Below are positions 1-11,879 of a DNA stretch of 64,000 nucleotides, piece after piece (positions within the stretch are counted from its first letter, which is position 1; each line of letters begins with the position of its first letter). The notes beneath the pieces are model-generated. The model had not been told where the DNA came from. It ran no database searches and saw nothing but the letters and a program-made list of their open reading frames with translations. The stretch comes from Dipteris shenzhenensis (taxonomy: Eukaryota): assembly GCA_047967505.1 (NCBI GenBank), contig CM106538.1. The stretch is one strand, 5' to 3'. The position numbers were made by a program, and so were the translations under genes.

Positions 1-2544
1 ATTCTACTTTTAGATTTTGACAAAGCTTATGACAGAGTAGATTGGGGTTTTTTGGAGGGCACCCTTCTACGCTTTGGCCTTATTGATGCTTGGATCAGAG
101 GTGTTTCCTCTTTGTACAGATCAGCCCACAGCCAGGTACTTATTGGTGGGGTAAGGGGTGAGAGATTTCAGATTTCGAGATCAGTCCGTCAGGGATGCCC
201 CCTTGCTCCTTTCCTTTTTTTGTTCGTGGCCGAAGCTATGAGTATCTATGTTAGATCTCAAGCTGACATCTTTGGGCTGAGACTTCCCATCAGAAGGGAA
301 GAGGAGCTACTTGACAGTGAGTTGGCTGATGACACAGCAGTTTACTTGGATGCCACACCACAGACGCTCACTTCTTTCAGGACAGCATTGGATTTATTTT
401 GCTTGGCGGCTGGGGCACAGATAAATTGGCATAAATCCAATGGCTTTTGGATCAGTGATGAGGACACTCCAGTTTGGGGGCTTGACATAGGATTCACTTG
501 GGTTCAGAGGGGTGTGCCTATCAGGTATTTGGGCTGCAAGGTCGGCTTGGATATTTCTACCACGCAACAGTTTGCTCCCGTTTTGGAGAGCATCAGAAGG
601 AAGCTTCTTTTTTGGAGCTCAGGCAAGCTGGATCTTGCCTCTAGAGTTGTGGTGGTCAACCAGGTCCTCTTGGCCACAGCCTGGTTTGTTTGTTCTTGTT
701 GGTGCCGTTCTAGGGACTGCATCATTCAGCTCAGAAAACCGATCAGAAACTTTCTCTGGAGTGGGCTTGATGGCACAGCAGATGCCTTAGCCAGGGTGGC
801 TTGGGAGACCCTCATCCTCCCTACACAGGAAGAGGGTCTCAATATTATTGATCCAGATTTACAATGCAGAGCTTTACTTTGCAAGATGGTGGTGCGGGGA
901 CTTATGCCAGGGCAGGAACCGTGGAAGGACTTTCTTATCAGCAGCATACAGAGGTGCACACCTTCTTCAGGAGGAGACTGGATGAGCAGTGTTAGATGGA
1001 TCTTCACCACAACACACCTCAGGTCACCTTCGTCCCCTCTCATGGTTGCCATTCTGAAAGCTTGGGCCAGTTTCAGAAGCACTCTTCGGAGGATTCCTCC
1101 TTCCTCTCGGGAAGAGATTGATAGGCAACCCATCATGTGGAATGACAGTATTTTAGATGATCATGGCAGACCACTGGGTGCCTCACTCTACATGCAGTAG
1201 TCCAGGTGGGAGAGGGGACCTGCTTCTTCTATGGGGTCTTGGAAAGCTTTCCGCAGGCTTCCAGAGGAGACCAAATCAAGGTTGACAGGACATCTCAGAG
1301 GGAGTGCAGGGAGGATCTTGCAGATTGAGGCAGCCCTTCCAGAGGTTTGGGTAGACACAGATGATATGCCACTCACTTCCTCCACTTGGGCAAGTACTTT
1401 TTCGAGAGGCGGGGTTCCGCTTCAGGTTTTGGCCTTTCGAGATGCACAGGAGGATGCTTTGGTTTTTAGTGTCCAGGATGGTGGTAGATTGCTCAGGTCC
1501 ACAGAGGACATCTTGCTTTAGTCTGCTTTTTAGCCTATCAGGGTTGTAGGTCATTTGACGCAGGGATCAGATTCAGAGTGGTTCCTAGACCCAGACCCCC
1601 GGCTACTCTCCACCGGGTCTTGGAGGCTCTGGCTCTATGGGGGAGTTCCCATCAGGTATTTGCAGTGGGACCCCGAAGAGTGAGAGTGGATTGACGCAGG
1701 ACATCGAGAGAAGAGCATCCTCTTCTTTCGTTACACAGTCAGTAATGCCAGGAGATATCAGCTCAGTAGTAGAGGTTGGAGACCCTCTAGAGTTCCTCAT
1801 TGGGAGACTTTCGGTATTACTGCGGATCAACAGAGGTGCTTCTGGAGGAGACTCTGGAAATCCCACAGGAATAGAAAGATCACTATCTTCTTTTGGCTTT
1901 CTATCCATGGAGGGATTGCAGTGAACCTTTGGAGGTCCAGGTTCGGAGCCGACCCTACATGCCCTCGATGCCTTTCTGCTTCAAAGTCTATTCAGCATTG
2001 CTTATGGGATTGCAGACAGGCGAGGATGATTTCGATGGGGGTAGCCAGGATTTTCAGTCACTTTGCCCATTCACCATTTTTTATGACACGGGGCTCGGTG
2101 GCTTGGCTTTCTCTTACAGGACCTCAGGTTTTCTATGAGGGAGTTGACTCCTCTCGGGCCATCTCGGTTCGACGTCATCGGATTGAGTCCTGTTCGTTGG
2201 ATGTGGTACCACACCTTCCTTTTACAGCTGTACATGCCTCTGTGGATACTTCTTGGGAGATTCTAGCGAGCATAGCATCCTGGCATATCTGGAGAGCCAG
2301 ATGCACAGAGGCTTTGGAGGGTACTCAGGTTCATCCCTCGCACACATTGGCTAGTATCTGGACAGACATCGTACATACTTTGATGGCCGTATGGACGCGT
2401 ATGCAGGGGGACTCCCGTGCAGCCTCAGCTAGGAGGGCTTCTTTCTTCAGGGAATGGAAGGATTCTCCTTTCTTCTCTGAAACTACTACAGGGTTGAGGT
2501 GGCACTTTCAGCCTCAGCCTTGGTTGTTTTCCACCTCACTCTGA
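1..2544 (+). pseudogene. LINE ORF2 (reverse transcriptase), disrupted by stops and frameshifts
   Basis: ORF pieces 52..1200, 1231..1521 and 1921..2544 are colinear parts of one LINE ORF2; in-frame TAG at 1198-1200. Confidence 0.88.
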
Positions 2545-2651
2545 GGGGGTTTTTTATTTATCCTCATGATTTCATGATGTATTCCGCTTTGAGCTTGCTT
2601 TCGCGGGTTTTTTCTCTTACTTAATAAAAGTCTTTTTCTTGGAAAAAAAAA
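1..2651 (+). mobile_element. L1-clade LINE, 3' portion (ORF2 RT plus C-terminal Cys-rich region, 3' UTR, A-tail); runs off the window start
   Basis: Non-LTR RT motifs LDFDKAYDRVDW (from base 10), RQGCPLAP and LADD; zf-RVT-like CPRC...HCLWDC near 1958-2012; AATAAA at 2623-2628 and A9 tail at 2643-2651 that cuts off the Gypsy RT on the opposite strand. Confidence 0.92.
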
Positions 2652-4975
2652 TTTTGAAAATATCCAAAATATCCATCACACACATTATACTTTTCATACC
2701 CTGCCACTCTATCCAATATATCATTAATAAAAGGAAGAGGATAATGATTGCTTTTTGTTACCGCATTGAGAGATTTGTAATCAATGCATACTCTCCATCC
2801 TCCTGTGTGCTTAGGAATGATTACCACTGAACTGTCCCAATTTGAACGCTCCACTGGATATATCAGCCCAGCCTTGAGCAACTTATTTAACTCCTCTCTC
2901 AACACAGGCAAAAGCTCTGTGTGTGTCCTCCTCAACTTCTGAAAAACAGACCTGTTGCCTTCTTTTAGCTCAATGTGCATTGGCTCACATCTGAAACCCC
3001 TGATGTCTTCATGTGAGGTAATAAACAACTTTGGATACTGATGAATGACCTTCATATACTCCTCCTTCTCCACTTCTTCCAGACTGAAATTCAGCATGGA
3101 CATCAATATCTCTTCTCTCTCTGTCTGGGAAGGTGGGGGTTGCATCAAGTTATCCATGTCTTCAAGCTTACTCTCCTCCTTAGCTTCTTGTATCTCTGCT
3201 CCCTGCAATTCATATGCATCAAACTCCTTCAACAGAAATGATACTTGTCCCTCCTCCTTAGATGTAGTACTTTCTTCTTCCGTCTCACTGTCTAACTCCT
3301 CTTCCATGCTGGTTTCTTCTGGTTCTTCTTCTATTTCCCGTCTGCTGCTCATATCAAATTTATTGGCCTTTCCCTTCTTATTATGCATTGTAATTGTACC
3401 CATCTTCCAGTTTTGTATTGCTCCCACTCTGAGCCAAGGTTTGCCCAAAATCAGCGGGTATGCTCCCAAACCAGCAGGCATAATGTGGCAATTAATGCAA
3501 CATGATACTCCAAAAGCATCCACTACTACTCCCGTGCATATACCCAGACACTTCACCTTTGCATGATTTGCCAAATGGAGCCTAAAAGCTGAATGTGCAT
3601 TCAATTTTAGCCCCAACCTCTCCATACATGCTTGAGTCATGACACTTATCTATGCACCGCCATCAACATATGCCTCTCCAACACTCATACCTCCACACCG
3701 TGCATCCACTGCAGGGCATAAATCTGAAAGATCTTCCATGGACATCATCTCCGTTTCTCCTCTCGTAGGTTCCTGCTCATTACTTTTCCTGGGATCAGCC
3801 AACTTTTTCCATTCTCTCTTGAGCTTCGGGCACAAACCAAGTAACTGTGCAAAAGTTATATTGGCTGTCCTCCCCTTCAAATCATTCATCAGTGTTCCTC
3901 TTGTCCTTGACCAATATGCAAATCTGAAGTTTTATAATGTTTCTTGGGCCTCCGACTCTTCTCTTTAGAAGACTGAGGGCTGAGATCAAACTCCACATGC
4001 TTCCCTTTTTTTGCAGAGGGTCCATTTTCTCCTGTTGCACTCCTTGTTCTCTTTGCCACTGGCATGATCTCCGGAATAGTCTCCACCCTAATCAGGCTGA
4101 TTGCCTTCCCTTTTCCCTTATCTTCCCATTTGACTCCACTAGTAGAGGGTTGATTCAAATCCTTCACTTCCACATTAAAGTCTCTTGACATGCCATTTGT
4201 CTTCTGCATTACAAGATAAACTTCTCCACCTACTCTTGCTGGTTTATCACAGTGAGGGCTGATATCTCCTCACTCTCCACAATTCCAGCACTTCACATTG
4301 CTCATGTATCCCCGTCCTCTACCTATTCCAACTGAATTTACTTCACTCTCAGCCTATGCATCTCTCTTGTTATTTTGCACACCTCGACCTCTTCCTCTTC
4401 CTGCAGTCTCCATCCAGTTCAGACTGAGTGACTTCATAAGCTCTACAGCATCATGTAAGTCCTTCAGTAAATCATCCTGCATAGAAATAGACACCGGCTC
4501 CCTCTCTACATAAGCCTTTATTACTTCTGGACTTCCAATCAGATTCTTAGGCTCTTCTTACATGCCAAGCTGCTGGCTAGCTATGAAACGATCACACTTG
4601 ATCATCTGAGGTGGTACCTCCGGAACAAGAGCTTCACACCATAAACTCCATAATCTCCCAAACTGGATTGATTCACATCTTGTTCTTCCTCCTGTCTCAC
4701 TTTACACAACTCTTTCCAAACCTCATTAGAAGCAAGGAAGGCTGCTCTCACCACTGTATACTCTGGATTTTACTGTTGAGGATGAGCAGTCCTAAAGGTA
4801 GCAACTTAAGTCTCCAGCCATGCTTTTGCATCTCCCTGCAAGCAATATTTCATGATCTGAAACAAAATCTCAAGGGTTGCCCTATCTTTCATAAGTGCTG
4901 TAAATTCCATCTTTTCCAGGAACCTTACTGCATTCTCATACGACATCCCCAATACTCTAGAAAGTCCTATGCCAT
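2652..4975 (-). pseudogene. gag-pol: Gypsy gag-protease-RT polyprotein remnant
   Basis: ORFs 3889..4209, 3650..3889 and 2621..3640 carry gag, aspartic protease and RT motifs in Gypsy order (PR then RT), with stops and frameshifts. Confidence 0.85.
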
Positions 4976-5068
4976 CCTCACAATCCTACAACTGCCACAC
5001 CCCGGCTTATCTCAACCACAACAAAACTAGAAAGCAACAAAGCAAACACACTACTGAAGAAGCTCACT

Positions 5069-5239
5069 CTACATCCGAAGAGCATTCTTTTTCCTACGGG
5101 CAAGCACTTTCAGAGCTCTCTGCACTTTGGCATGGAGTCGGATCACACGTAGCGGGACTTCAATGCATCTATCCTTCCTGTGACCACACCCTCTGCACCA
5201 CTCACAGTGAATTACTCTCATGTGCGGATTTCTTCCCAT
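5069..5239 (-). CDS. Small Cys/His-rich basic ORF upstream of Gypsy gag, function unknown
   Basis: MGRNPHMRVIHCEWCRGCGHRKDRCIEVPLRVIRLHAKVQRALKVLARRKKNALRM; 35 of 47 residues match the ORF at 44675..44869 (hand alignment), with many synonymous differences. Confidence 0.65.
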   Translation of the reverse strand: MGRNPHMRVIHCEWCRGCGHRKDRCIEVPLRVIRLHAKVQRALKVLARRKKNALRM

Positions 5240-6413
5240 CGCTTGCAACACAACTCAGAACATCTGCTCTTTCAGTCTTGTAAACCGAAGTGAACTCCTC
5301 CGTGGAGGCACAAAAACGTGGATGCAAAAAACACAGTAGAGCTATATATACCTTTATAGTCTATCACATCCACAATTCACATTTATTGAAGCCACCAAAC
5401 AACATACAAAATGTACTTTTATTCCAAATCCTCATCTTTACATAATCCCAGATAAAAACTTCCTCAGGAATATTCTCCTAATCTGGCAAACTCATATCAA
5501 TCCACTCTTCATCATTTACATGCAATATCAGATGCCATGTATCTCCTGACACAACTGAGAAGTGCACCTCATATAGAAAATCTCACAACTCACAAAGTGA
5601 CCACGGTCAAAAATCTTATTTTGACTTTCCCAAGATTATCAATCAACCACTAGAAATGATGCAGCCCATCTCCTTCACGTGATCATCCATAACTGCAGTT
5701 TCCCTTCTACTCACACACCACTGCCATAAGGACTCAAATACCTTCTGTCAGCATCCCACTATCTTAGAGAATTACCATAAACTCAATGTAAAGGCAAGAC
5801 ACCATCCGCCTTTCTTTGATGCATTACAGCCTCCTCTATCAAAGCATCCAAATTCCTTATCCACTCTGTAGTCCATAGTCCTATTACCTCAAACAAGGCC
5901 TCTTTCCTTGTTCAACAATGAGCACCTTACTTGCCACAACCAGCCGCCCTCAAGCTCCTATCAGTCCTTGAAAACTGAAGTGAGGCAAACTCCCATCACA
6001 CTGCTCGTCATCACTAGAGCTCTTCACTGTTGAGGTCCTTGTAGCTGCACCCATCTGGCCAAAGCCTCTCCACCTTCGGCCAAGCTAATGTGTGCTTACA
6101 CACTGACTAGCCAACCCGTGCTCTGAAGGTCCTATTAGTTGAGGTCTTTGCAGCAACACCCGGTTCCTGCCTGTGGCCAAAGGCCTCACTAATCTCCAGC
6201 TTTGAAGCAACTGAGTGCTCACACAACCACTAGCCAACCCACGCACATTGCAGCACCCCAATACATAGCAATCGGCCTTTCCAGCTCATAGAGTAGCAAC
6301 GCCCATATCATGAAGTTTCTTCTCAAGACAACAGCCCCCCCGTTCAATATGATCCAAGCAGCTACAACCCAACACACCTACTCCCTCTGATCCAAACACG
6401 CAGAGCTCTTCCC

Positions 6414-6742
6414 TGTAGAATCCCGTAGGATAGAATAGATGCATCTTGCAAGGGGTGTGAGAGCACAATGAAATCTCTATATGATTGTGAGAGAGAAGAC
6501 TCTCTCTTATAGAAAGGGGGAGAAGGTAATACCTTCCCTACATAAGTGGCAATCAGCCCCTACATCAGTGGGAATCAATCCCTACATCAGTGGGATTGCC
6601 TTTGTCTTACATCATCACTTAGGTCACACACTAGACACATCATAGCACTTGATGTGCCTTTACAACACACACAAGCACACGTGACTCCCCTAGATGCACA
6701 CATGCACCATAGAGCAAGCCCTTGATCATACTTATCCCAACA
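6414..6742 (-). repeat. 3' LTR of gag-only Copia element
   Basis: Direct repeat of 8731..9061; adjacent minus-strand PPT GAGGGAGGG. Confidence 0.93.
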
Positions 6743-6990
6743 TACCCTCCCTCAAGGGTTTGCCTCTTGCAGTGTCAAGGATACATCTAGTCTCATAGTT
6801 TCTCATGCCATCTCATGGTGGTCAAGGATAAATCTATGGCTAGGATCTCATGCTAGCAAGGGTTCCCAAGGGTGTGAGGTTCACAGAAATGGGATAGACA
6901 AAACACATATCACATGGTCTACATCATATGGTGACCAGAGGTGATTTACATAACATATTCTTTTTGGAATACTGCTCCAGGCAGAGAACC

Positions 6991-7869
6991 TCAAAATTTG
7001 ACCAAAAGATGATAAACAAAAAAGTGCTTAAAAAGCATAGTCTTCATAGGAGGCCTCATCTTGTGGAGGCACATCAACTGAAAGTAGATTGGCAGTTTCT
7101 GACTTTGTAGTTGCTTCCTTTTTGGCTTTACAATACTTTTCATGGTGATTGTTTTGCCACAATGTTTGCAAGGATTGATCTTGAAGCAATCTTTTGAGAG
7201 GTGATTAGTCTTCCCACAATGATTGCAAGGTGAAAACTTCCCCTTTTGAGTTTTTTTGGCATAGGCTGTGTCATTGCCTCTCTGGAGTTCCATGTGCCTT
7301 TCTTCTTCTTGAAGAGCAGTAATAAGACCTTCAAGAGTAGGATTAGGAAGATTTTTCAAAGTGGTAACAACATGATCATAATCTTCAGGCATACTTTTGA
7401 GCAACACTGCCATTGCATCATCTGTAGTGATTGGAGAGTTCATAGAAGCAAGTTGAGTCATGAGACTCCGCATATAATTGACATGGGCAGCCAAAGGAGT
7501 GCCACTAGCCATCTTCAATTCAAAGAAAGCAATCTTAAGTGATAATTTTGAGATGTGAGAGCTAGCACCAAAAATAATGTCAAGCTTCTGCCAAGCTTCA
7601 GAAGGAGACTCTAAATCAGAAATGTGATGAATATAGTCATCTCCTAAGCCAAGGGCAATGATGCCATAGGCTTTCTCCTCTCTAGCAGGATCTCTTGCCG
7701 GATGTGTCGGAGCTGAGGATTCTTCAGCATTAGAGGCTGTTGAAGAAGTAGTTGAAGCAGGTTTGACAAGCCCCCAGAGGTTTTCCCTCATCAATGCAAA
7801 CTTAACCTTCATCTGCCATGTGTGAAAGCCTTTACCATTGAACTTATCCATATTCAAGATGGTAGCCAT
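6991..7869 (-). CDS. gag: Copia-type Gag with zinc knuckle; frameshift in a second knuckle
   Basis: KFNGKGFHTWQMKVK...LW, AWQKL, LLKSMPEDY, LQEEER and CNHCGKTNHLSKDC; second knuckle CKHCGK/NHHEKYC is split by a 1-nt frameshift near 7150. Confidence 0.88.
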   Translation of the reverse strand: MATILNMDKFNGKGFHTWQMKVKFALMRENLWGLVKPASTTSSTASNAEESSAPTHPARDPAREEKAYGIIALGLGDDYIHHISDLESPSEAWQKLDIIFGASSHISKLSLKIAFFELKMASGTPLAAHVNYMRSLMTQLASMNSPITTDDAMAVLLKSMPEDYDHVVTTLKNLPNPTLEGLITALQEEERHMELQRGNDTAYAKKTQKGKFSPCNHCGKTNHLSKDCFKINPCKHCGKTITMKSIVKPKRKQLQSQKLPIYFQLMCLHKMRPPMKTMLFKHFFVYHLLVKF

Positions 7870-8716
7870 GAGAGGGTCTAACCCAAAATGGGCAGTGTCT
7901 ACTCTCTTACAAGGCTAGAAAGAGTTGAAGAGCTTCAAAATACAAGCATTTAGAGTAGCAAAGACTTGTAACCAAATTCCATACTACAAATCAATGATGC
8001 TTTCACTTGCATGCTTCATAGAGGTGGCTAAATGAAACTATTCCAAGCAAATCCAGGTGTAGCAACTTAAAGCAAAGCTGTAGCCATAGTTGTACTGATG
8101 CTATTCAACACTTTAAAACATCAGAAATGCTAAAGTAGCATCAAACTCACAACATTGTCAAAACTGTCCAAAACAGAGACCAGAACTTGGAGGGTGCAAT
8201 TCTCACAGCTCATAGCTCTATTCAAGGGGATTTTTATGCAGGAAGAAGGGCCTTATACCAGAGAAGGGCTACCAGCAAGGAGAGGCGCAATGTTGCGTCA
8301 GATCGCCATAGCCAAGCTTGAGAAGACCGACTGGTTTTTCATCGTTTTCTCCTCCATCTGTTGTCCAAATGGGCTCAGATTTCAGCAGCAGCTTGCCCTT
8401 AGAGTCGTCCAGCACGGGCTCAGAGGAATTTGCAGATAGGTAGGTACAAAGGCGGAATTGCGCGAATGTTCGTCGAGGAGTGTGAGTGTTGGCATTGCGC
8501 ATACAGATGAAATTTCACCAAATGCTTGCAGCTGGAATTTCGCCCATACGTGAGGAGTTTGCAGCTCAAAGGGTTTGGGCAATGGTCATTTATAGGCAGA
8601 GAACAGAGCTCTCAAAGATTTTGGGAAGAAGGAGGAAAGTGGAGAAGATGAAGAAACTTGTAGTTTATGCTTAAGATAGCATCTAATGCTAGGCTAGGCT
8701 AGATCTAGAACCTAAA

Positions 8717-8728
8717 GCTCTGATACCA
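8717..8728 (-). promoter_or_regulatory. Primer-binding site, tRNA-iMet
   Basis: Reverse complement TGGTATCAGAGC, 2 nt inside the 5' LTR. Confidence 0.92.
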
Positions 8729-8730
8729 AG

Positions 8731-9061
8731 TGTAGAATCCCGTAGGATAGAATAGATGCATCTTGCAAGAGATGTGAGAGCACAATGAAATCTCTATATG
8801 ATTGTGAGAGAGAAGACTCTCTCTTATAGAAAGGGGGAGAAGGTAATACCTTCCTTACATAAGTGGCAATCAGCCCCTACGTCACTGGGAATCAATCCCT
8901 ACATCAGTGGGATTGCCTTTGTCTTACATCATCACTTAGGTCACACACTAGACACATCATAGCACTTGATGTGCCTTTACAACACACACAAACACACATG
9001 TGACTCCCCTAGATGCACACATGCACCATAGAGCAAGCCCTTGATCATACTTATCCCAACA
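8731..9061 (-). repeat. 5' LTR of gag-only Copia element
   Basis: Direct repeat of 6414..6742, adjacent to the PBS. Confidence 0.93.
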
Positions 9062-11004
9062 TTCCCACAATCTCACCTTCACGATACCCACATCGCCACC
9101 ATAATCCAGCCACAATAAACTCCTACAGCCTCCTCTCCAGCTGTTCACAGTGCACCTGGAGCTCTTCTTCTCCAAACCTACATAATAGTGTCGCTCCCAG
9201 TAAGAACTAACTGTGCCTCAACTTCTTCTCCTCTATCGCCCAAGCCCATCTTTCAAGAAGCATCTCTGTCACTTGTCTCGCCTTCTCACGGACTCACGGA
9301 CTCGCGTCACCCAAGGTTCTCCAGGCCTTCTTGATAGCGATGCCCTCGCCATCCAAACTGCTCCCTCCTTCACAAGTGCTCCCTCCCATAGCTATCACAA
9401 GAGCAATCGACTCCCTCCAACAAAGCTATGGCCTCTCGTCAAGAAAAACTCCAGTGTCCATCCTGCACCCATATCACCCCAAAGAACCTCAGTCGACGCC
9501 TCCAGCAGAGCTCACGTAATTCCTCCCGTCTCCTTCACATGAAGATAACCAACAACGCAACTTCACTCGTCATCACAACGCTCATGGAGCTCATGGACTT
9601 CCGTCATCTGAGATCTTCCTAGCAAGCATAGTCGTCTATCAAGCCGCCTCCTACTGTAGAGATTCCATAGCTTCCGAGAAATGGCCCTTCTTTCCACCAG
9701 CCTCCAACAAGAATCACAGCCGGTGACCCCAAAAGGATCCCAACACCCAGCTTCTCTCCTTAGCCGCTCTCTTGATCATAGAGCTCACCCTCTCTGTCAC
9801 CCACGATCCTCCAGGCCTCTCCAGCCAAATCCATCAGCCCGTCTCTTACAAGCTCACACACTGCCATAACTCCCTGATAGCCAACTGCTTAGACTGCCTT
9901 ATCGAGTAGCTTGCCTATGGCCTTCTTGCATCCAAGGTACTGATTCAGCCTCCATAGTCAAGACCACCTCCGAAAGCTCCCAGCCCCAAGCAATCGACTC
10001 ACCCTCTCCCTTCAAGAAGCTCTCCGCCCACGTGAAGTAGAGACGCCCTCCTCCTTCCAGGACCATCTTTTCGCCGCCTTCCTCTGTACGTGCTTTTTCA
10101 ATCTAGATCATCACATAGCCAGTTTGCATGCATGGCTTACCTTCTTTTCTTCTTTTTTTACATGGCATCCCATGCTTTTTTACCCCTCTCAAAGGTTTTC
10201 TTAACCTTAGGTCCATTAATCCCAAACCTTAGGCTTTAAGCACATCCTTATTCACAACCTTCAAGCAAAACCTTGGGTGCTTGATCGCCACACATGACCG
10301 CACATTCATGAAGCCCACAACCCATGATATGAATACTCACCTGTCTTACAATCGGGAATCACTCATGGCAAGATAAACATAATATAGGACAACAATGAAA
10401 GACTTGTCATCCCACACCAAATGCTCTAGAGTGCCTGATGCACCCACACTGCTCTATCATCATATCCTGGGAGTCCCTGCAAAAGTATCTACAATCTCAA
10501 GGAGATATCTACATCACTATAGAGTTCTTATGAGAGTGTCCATAACTCAAAGCCACCACCCACTAGCTATGTACATAGCTATGCACCTACCCATCAATAT
10601 GCAACAAGTGAAAAACATATTTACAATTTTATCCACACAACGGCTATACGGCGACTAGTACGGATAGGTGCAACTGTACGGATTGCGCATGCAGATGAGC
10701 TGTTGACGAACGATTTGCACTATAAATGGAAGCTATATAAACGGTACAGAATGGTAATATGTATGTACATACATATATATGTATATGTCTACATATACAT
10801 GCATACATAAACATGTGTAAATATGCTTGATCAAATCAGGTTTATGTGACAAGCGTAAATGGAAACTTGTCTGGGCATATGTTCATGATTTGCAGCATGA
10901 TATTGTGGCTTTACAAGAACATAATTAGTATATGTATGCACGACACACATGACCTTTTGCTGGTGATGATATATTTTATGCAGGGTTTTGCAATGTCAAG
11001 CCTC

Positions 11005-11743
11005 GCTCAGTCGTCCTTTAAGGTTGGATCACATCAGACTTGCTGAGCTTTATAAGGTTTTGATGCCTTCACCTTGGATTTGAGATAGAGCAAATCAGAT
11101 TTGGTGTATGCATCGTGATGCGAGACGATGGCGGAAAAGATTGAGGCAACTTTGGACTTCCAAATGTCCTCTTCGTCAACAAGTTTTCTTGTGGCGGGTG
11201 ATGCTTGGTATCATTCCCTTCGTTTTTCAGATAAATCACGCTGTCGTTATATATATGCATTTGGTCAACTATTAGCTCGCACACATATTGCTCCTCCTAT
11301 TTGTCACAGATGTCAAGATACCCAGAAATCTCTGGCTCACCTTTTTTGGCAATGCCCTGACACTCCTGACTTTCTTTATTTTCTGCAGCAACGCCTAAGG
11401 GCTCGCTTTCCTACAGCTTCCTTTTGAAAGTTTTTTTGGATGTTCGGAATCCACCCAAAGAGGCAAGGATTTGATCTCTTTTTCACCTGGGTTCATTATT
11501 GGGGACTCTGGAGTCTCTGGAAAGATCATAATCATAGAGTCTTTCGAGATCCCACTTTCTCCAAGTTCTCCTTCTTTCAAGTGTCATTGAGGCAATCTTT
11601 CTTTGATTGCATGTGTGCTCGTCACATAGATCATACTCTTTTCTTATCTTATAATGGGATTTTTTGATGTTGTAATTGTCAGCCCCTTGTTTGGGGACTG
11701 TTCACTATAATATAAAGTCTGATGGATCACCCTCCCAAAAAAA
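11005..11743 (+). mobile_element. 5'-truncated L1-type LINE, microsatellite-associated family
   Basis: RPLRLDHIRLAELYKVLMPSPWI...WRKRLRQLW, CHRC...HLFWQCP, WGLWSLWKDHNHRVF; AATATAAA at 11709-11716; A7 tail at 11737-11743. Confidence 0.85.
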
Positions 11744-11755
11744 GTGTGTGCATCG

Positions 11756-11786
<31 letters not shown>
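11744..11786 (+). repeat. (GT)n microsatellite directly after LINE A-tail
   Basis: GTGTGTG-CATCGA-(TG)15. Confidence 0.95.
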
Positions 11787-11787
<1 letters not shown>

Positions 11788-11879
11788 CCCTGGACTCAAT
11801 TACCGCAACATGTTTTCCCGATTGTTTCTCATGCACAAGCTCTTGAGCTTGAATGCCCTTCCACTGAAATAGAATTGAC

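Larger units (their letters stand above)
6414..9061 (-). mobile_element. Non-autonomous Ty1/Copia-type LTR element encoding only gag (TR-GAG-like)
   Basis: Near-identical LTRs 6414..6742 and 8731..9061 (TG...CA); TSD TTCCC at 6409-6413 and 9062-9066; tRNA-iMet PBS at 8717-8728; polypurine tract next to 6743; no pol motifs inside. Confidence 0.93.
2652..10637 (-). mobile_element. Ty3/Gypsy LTR retrotransposon, 5' half (5' LTR, small upstream ORF, gag, protease, start of RT), interrupted by the LINE
   Basis: Minus strand: gag start near 4975 similar to the gag at 44951; degenerate zinc knuckle CWNCGE*GDISPHC near 4250-4295; protease YVDGGA near 3655; RT WRVCIDYKSLN...YPLPFINDILD...DGYFGYFQ ending at the LINE tail. 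Confidence 0.88.
5317..10637 (-). repeat. Long 5' LTR (about 2.7 kb without the nested Copia) of the Gypsy element
   Basis: Minus strand begins TGTGGAT (10637) and ends ATCCACG (5317), an inverted terminal pair with CA changed to CG; first 100 nt resemble the LTR start at 42907. The partner LTR is not in the window. Confidence 0.65.

Noticed and set aside
504-1908. Antisense ORFs opposite LINE ORF2
   Set aside because: Shadow frames of a coding strand with no independent motifs.
9062-10100. Ser/Pro/Leu-rich ORFs
   Set aside because: C-rich strand of the Gypsy LTR; compositional ORFs only.
10640-10750. Small GTACGG cluster as a third motif array
   Set aside because: Only three GTAC cores, two explained by Val-Arg codons of a possible exon.
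10984-11056. Apparent 73-nt host exon (AG...GT) encoding VLQCQASLSRPLRLDHIRLAELYK
   Set aside because: The peptide continues as VLMPSPWI...WRKRLRQLW and matches LINE ORF2 copies near 13700 and 19940, so most of it is LINE sequence.
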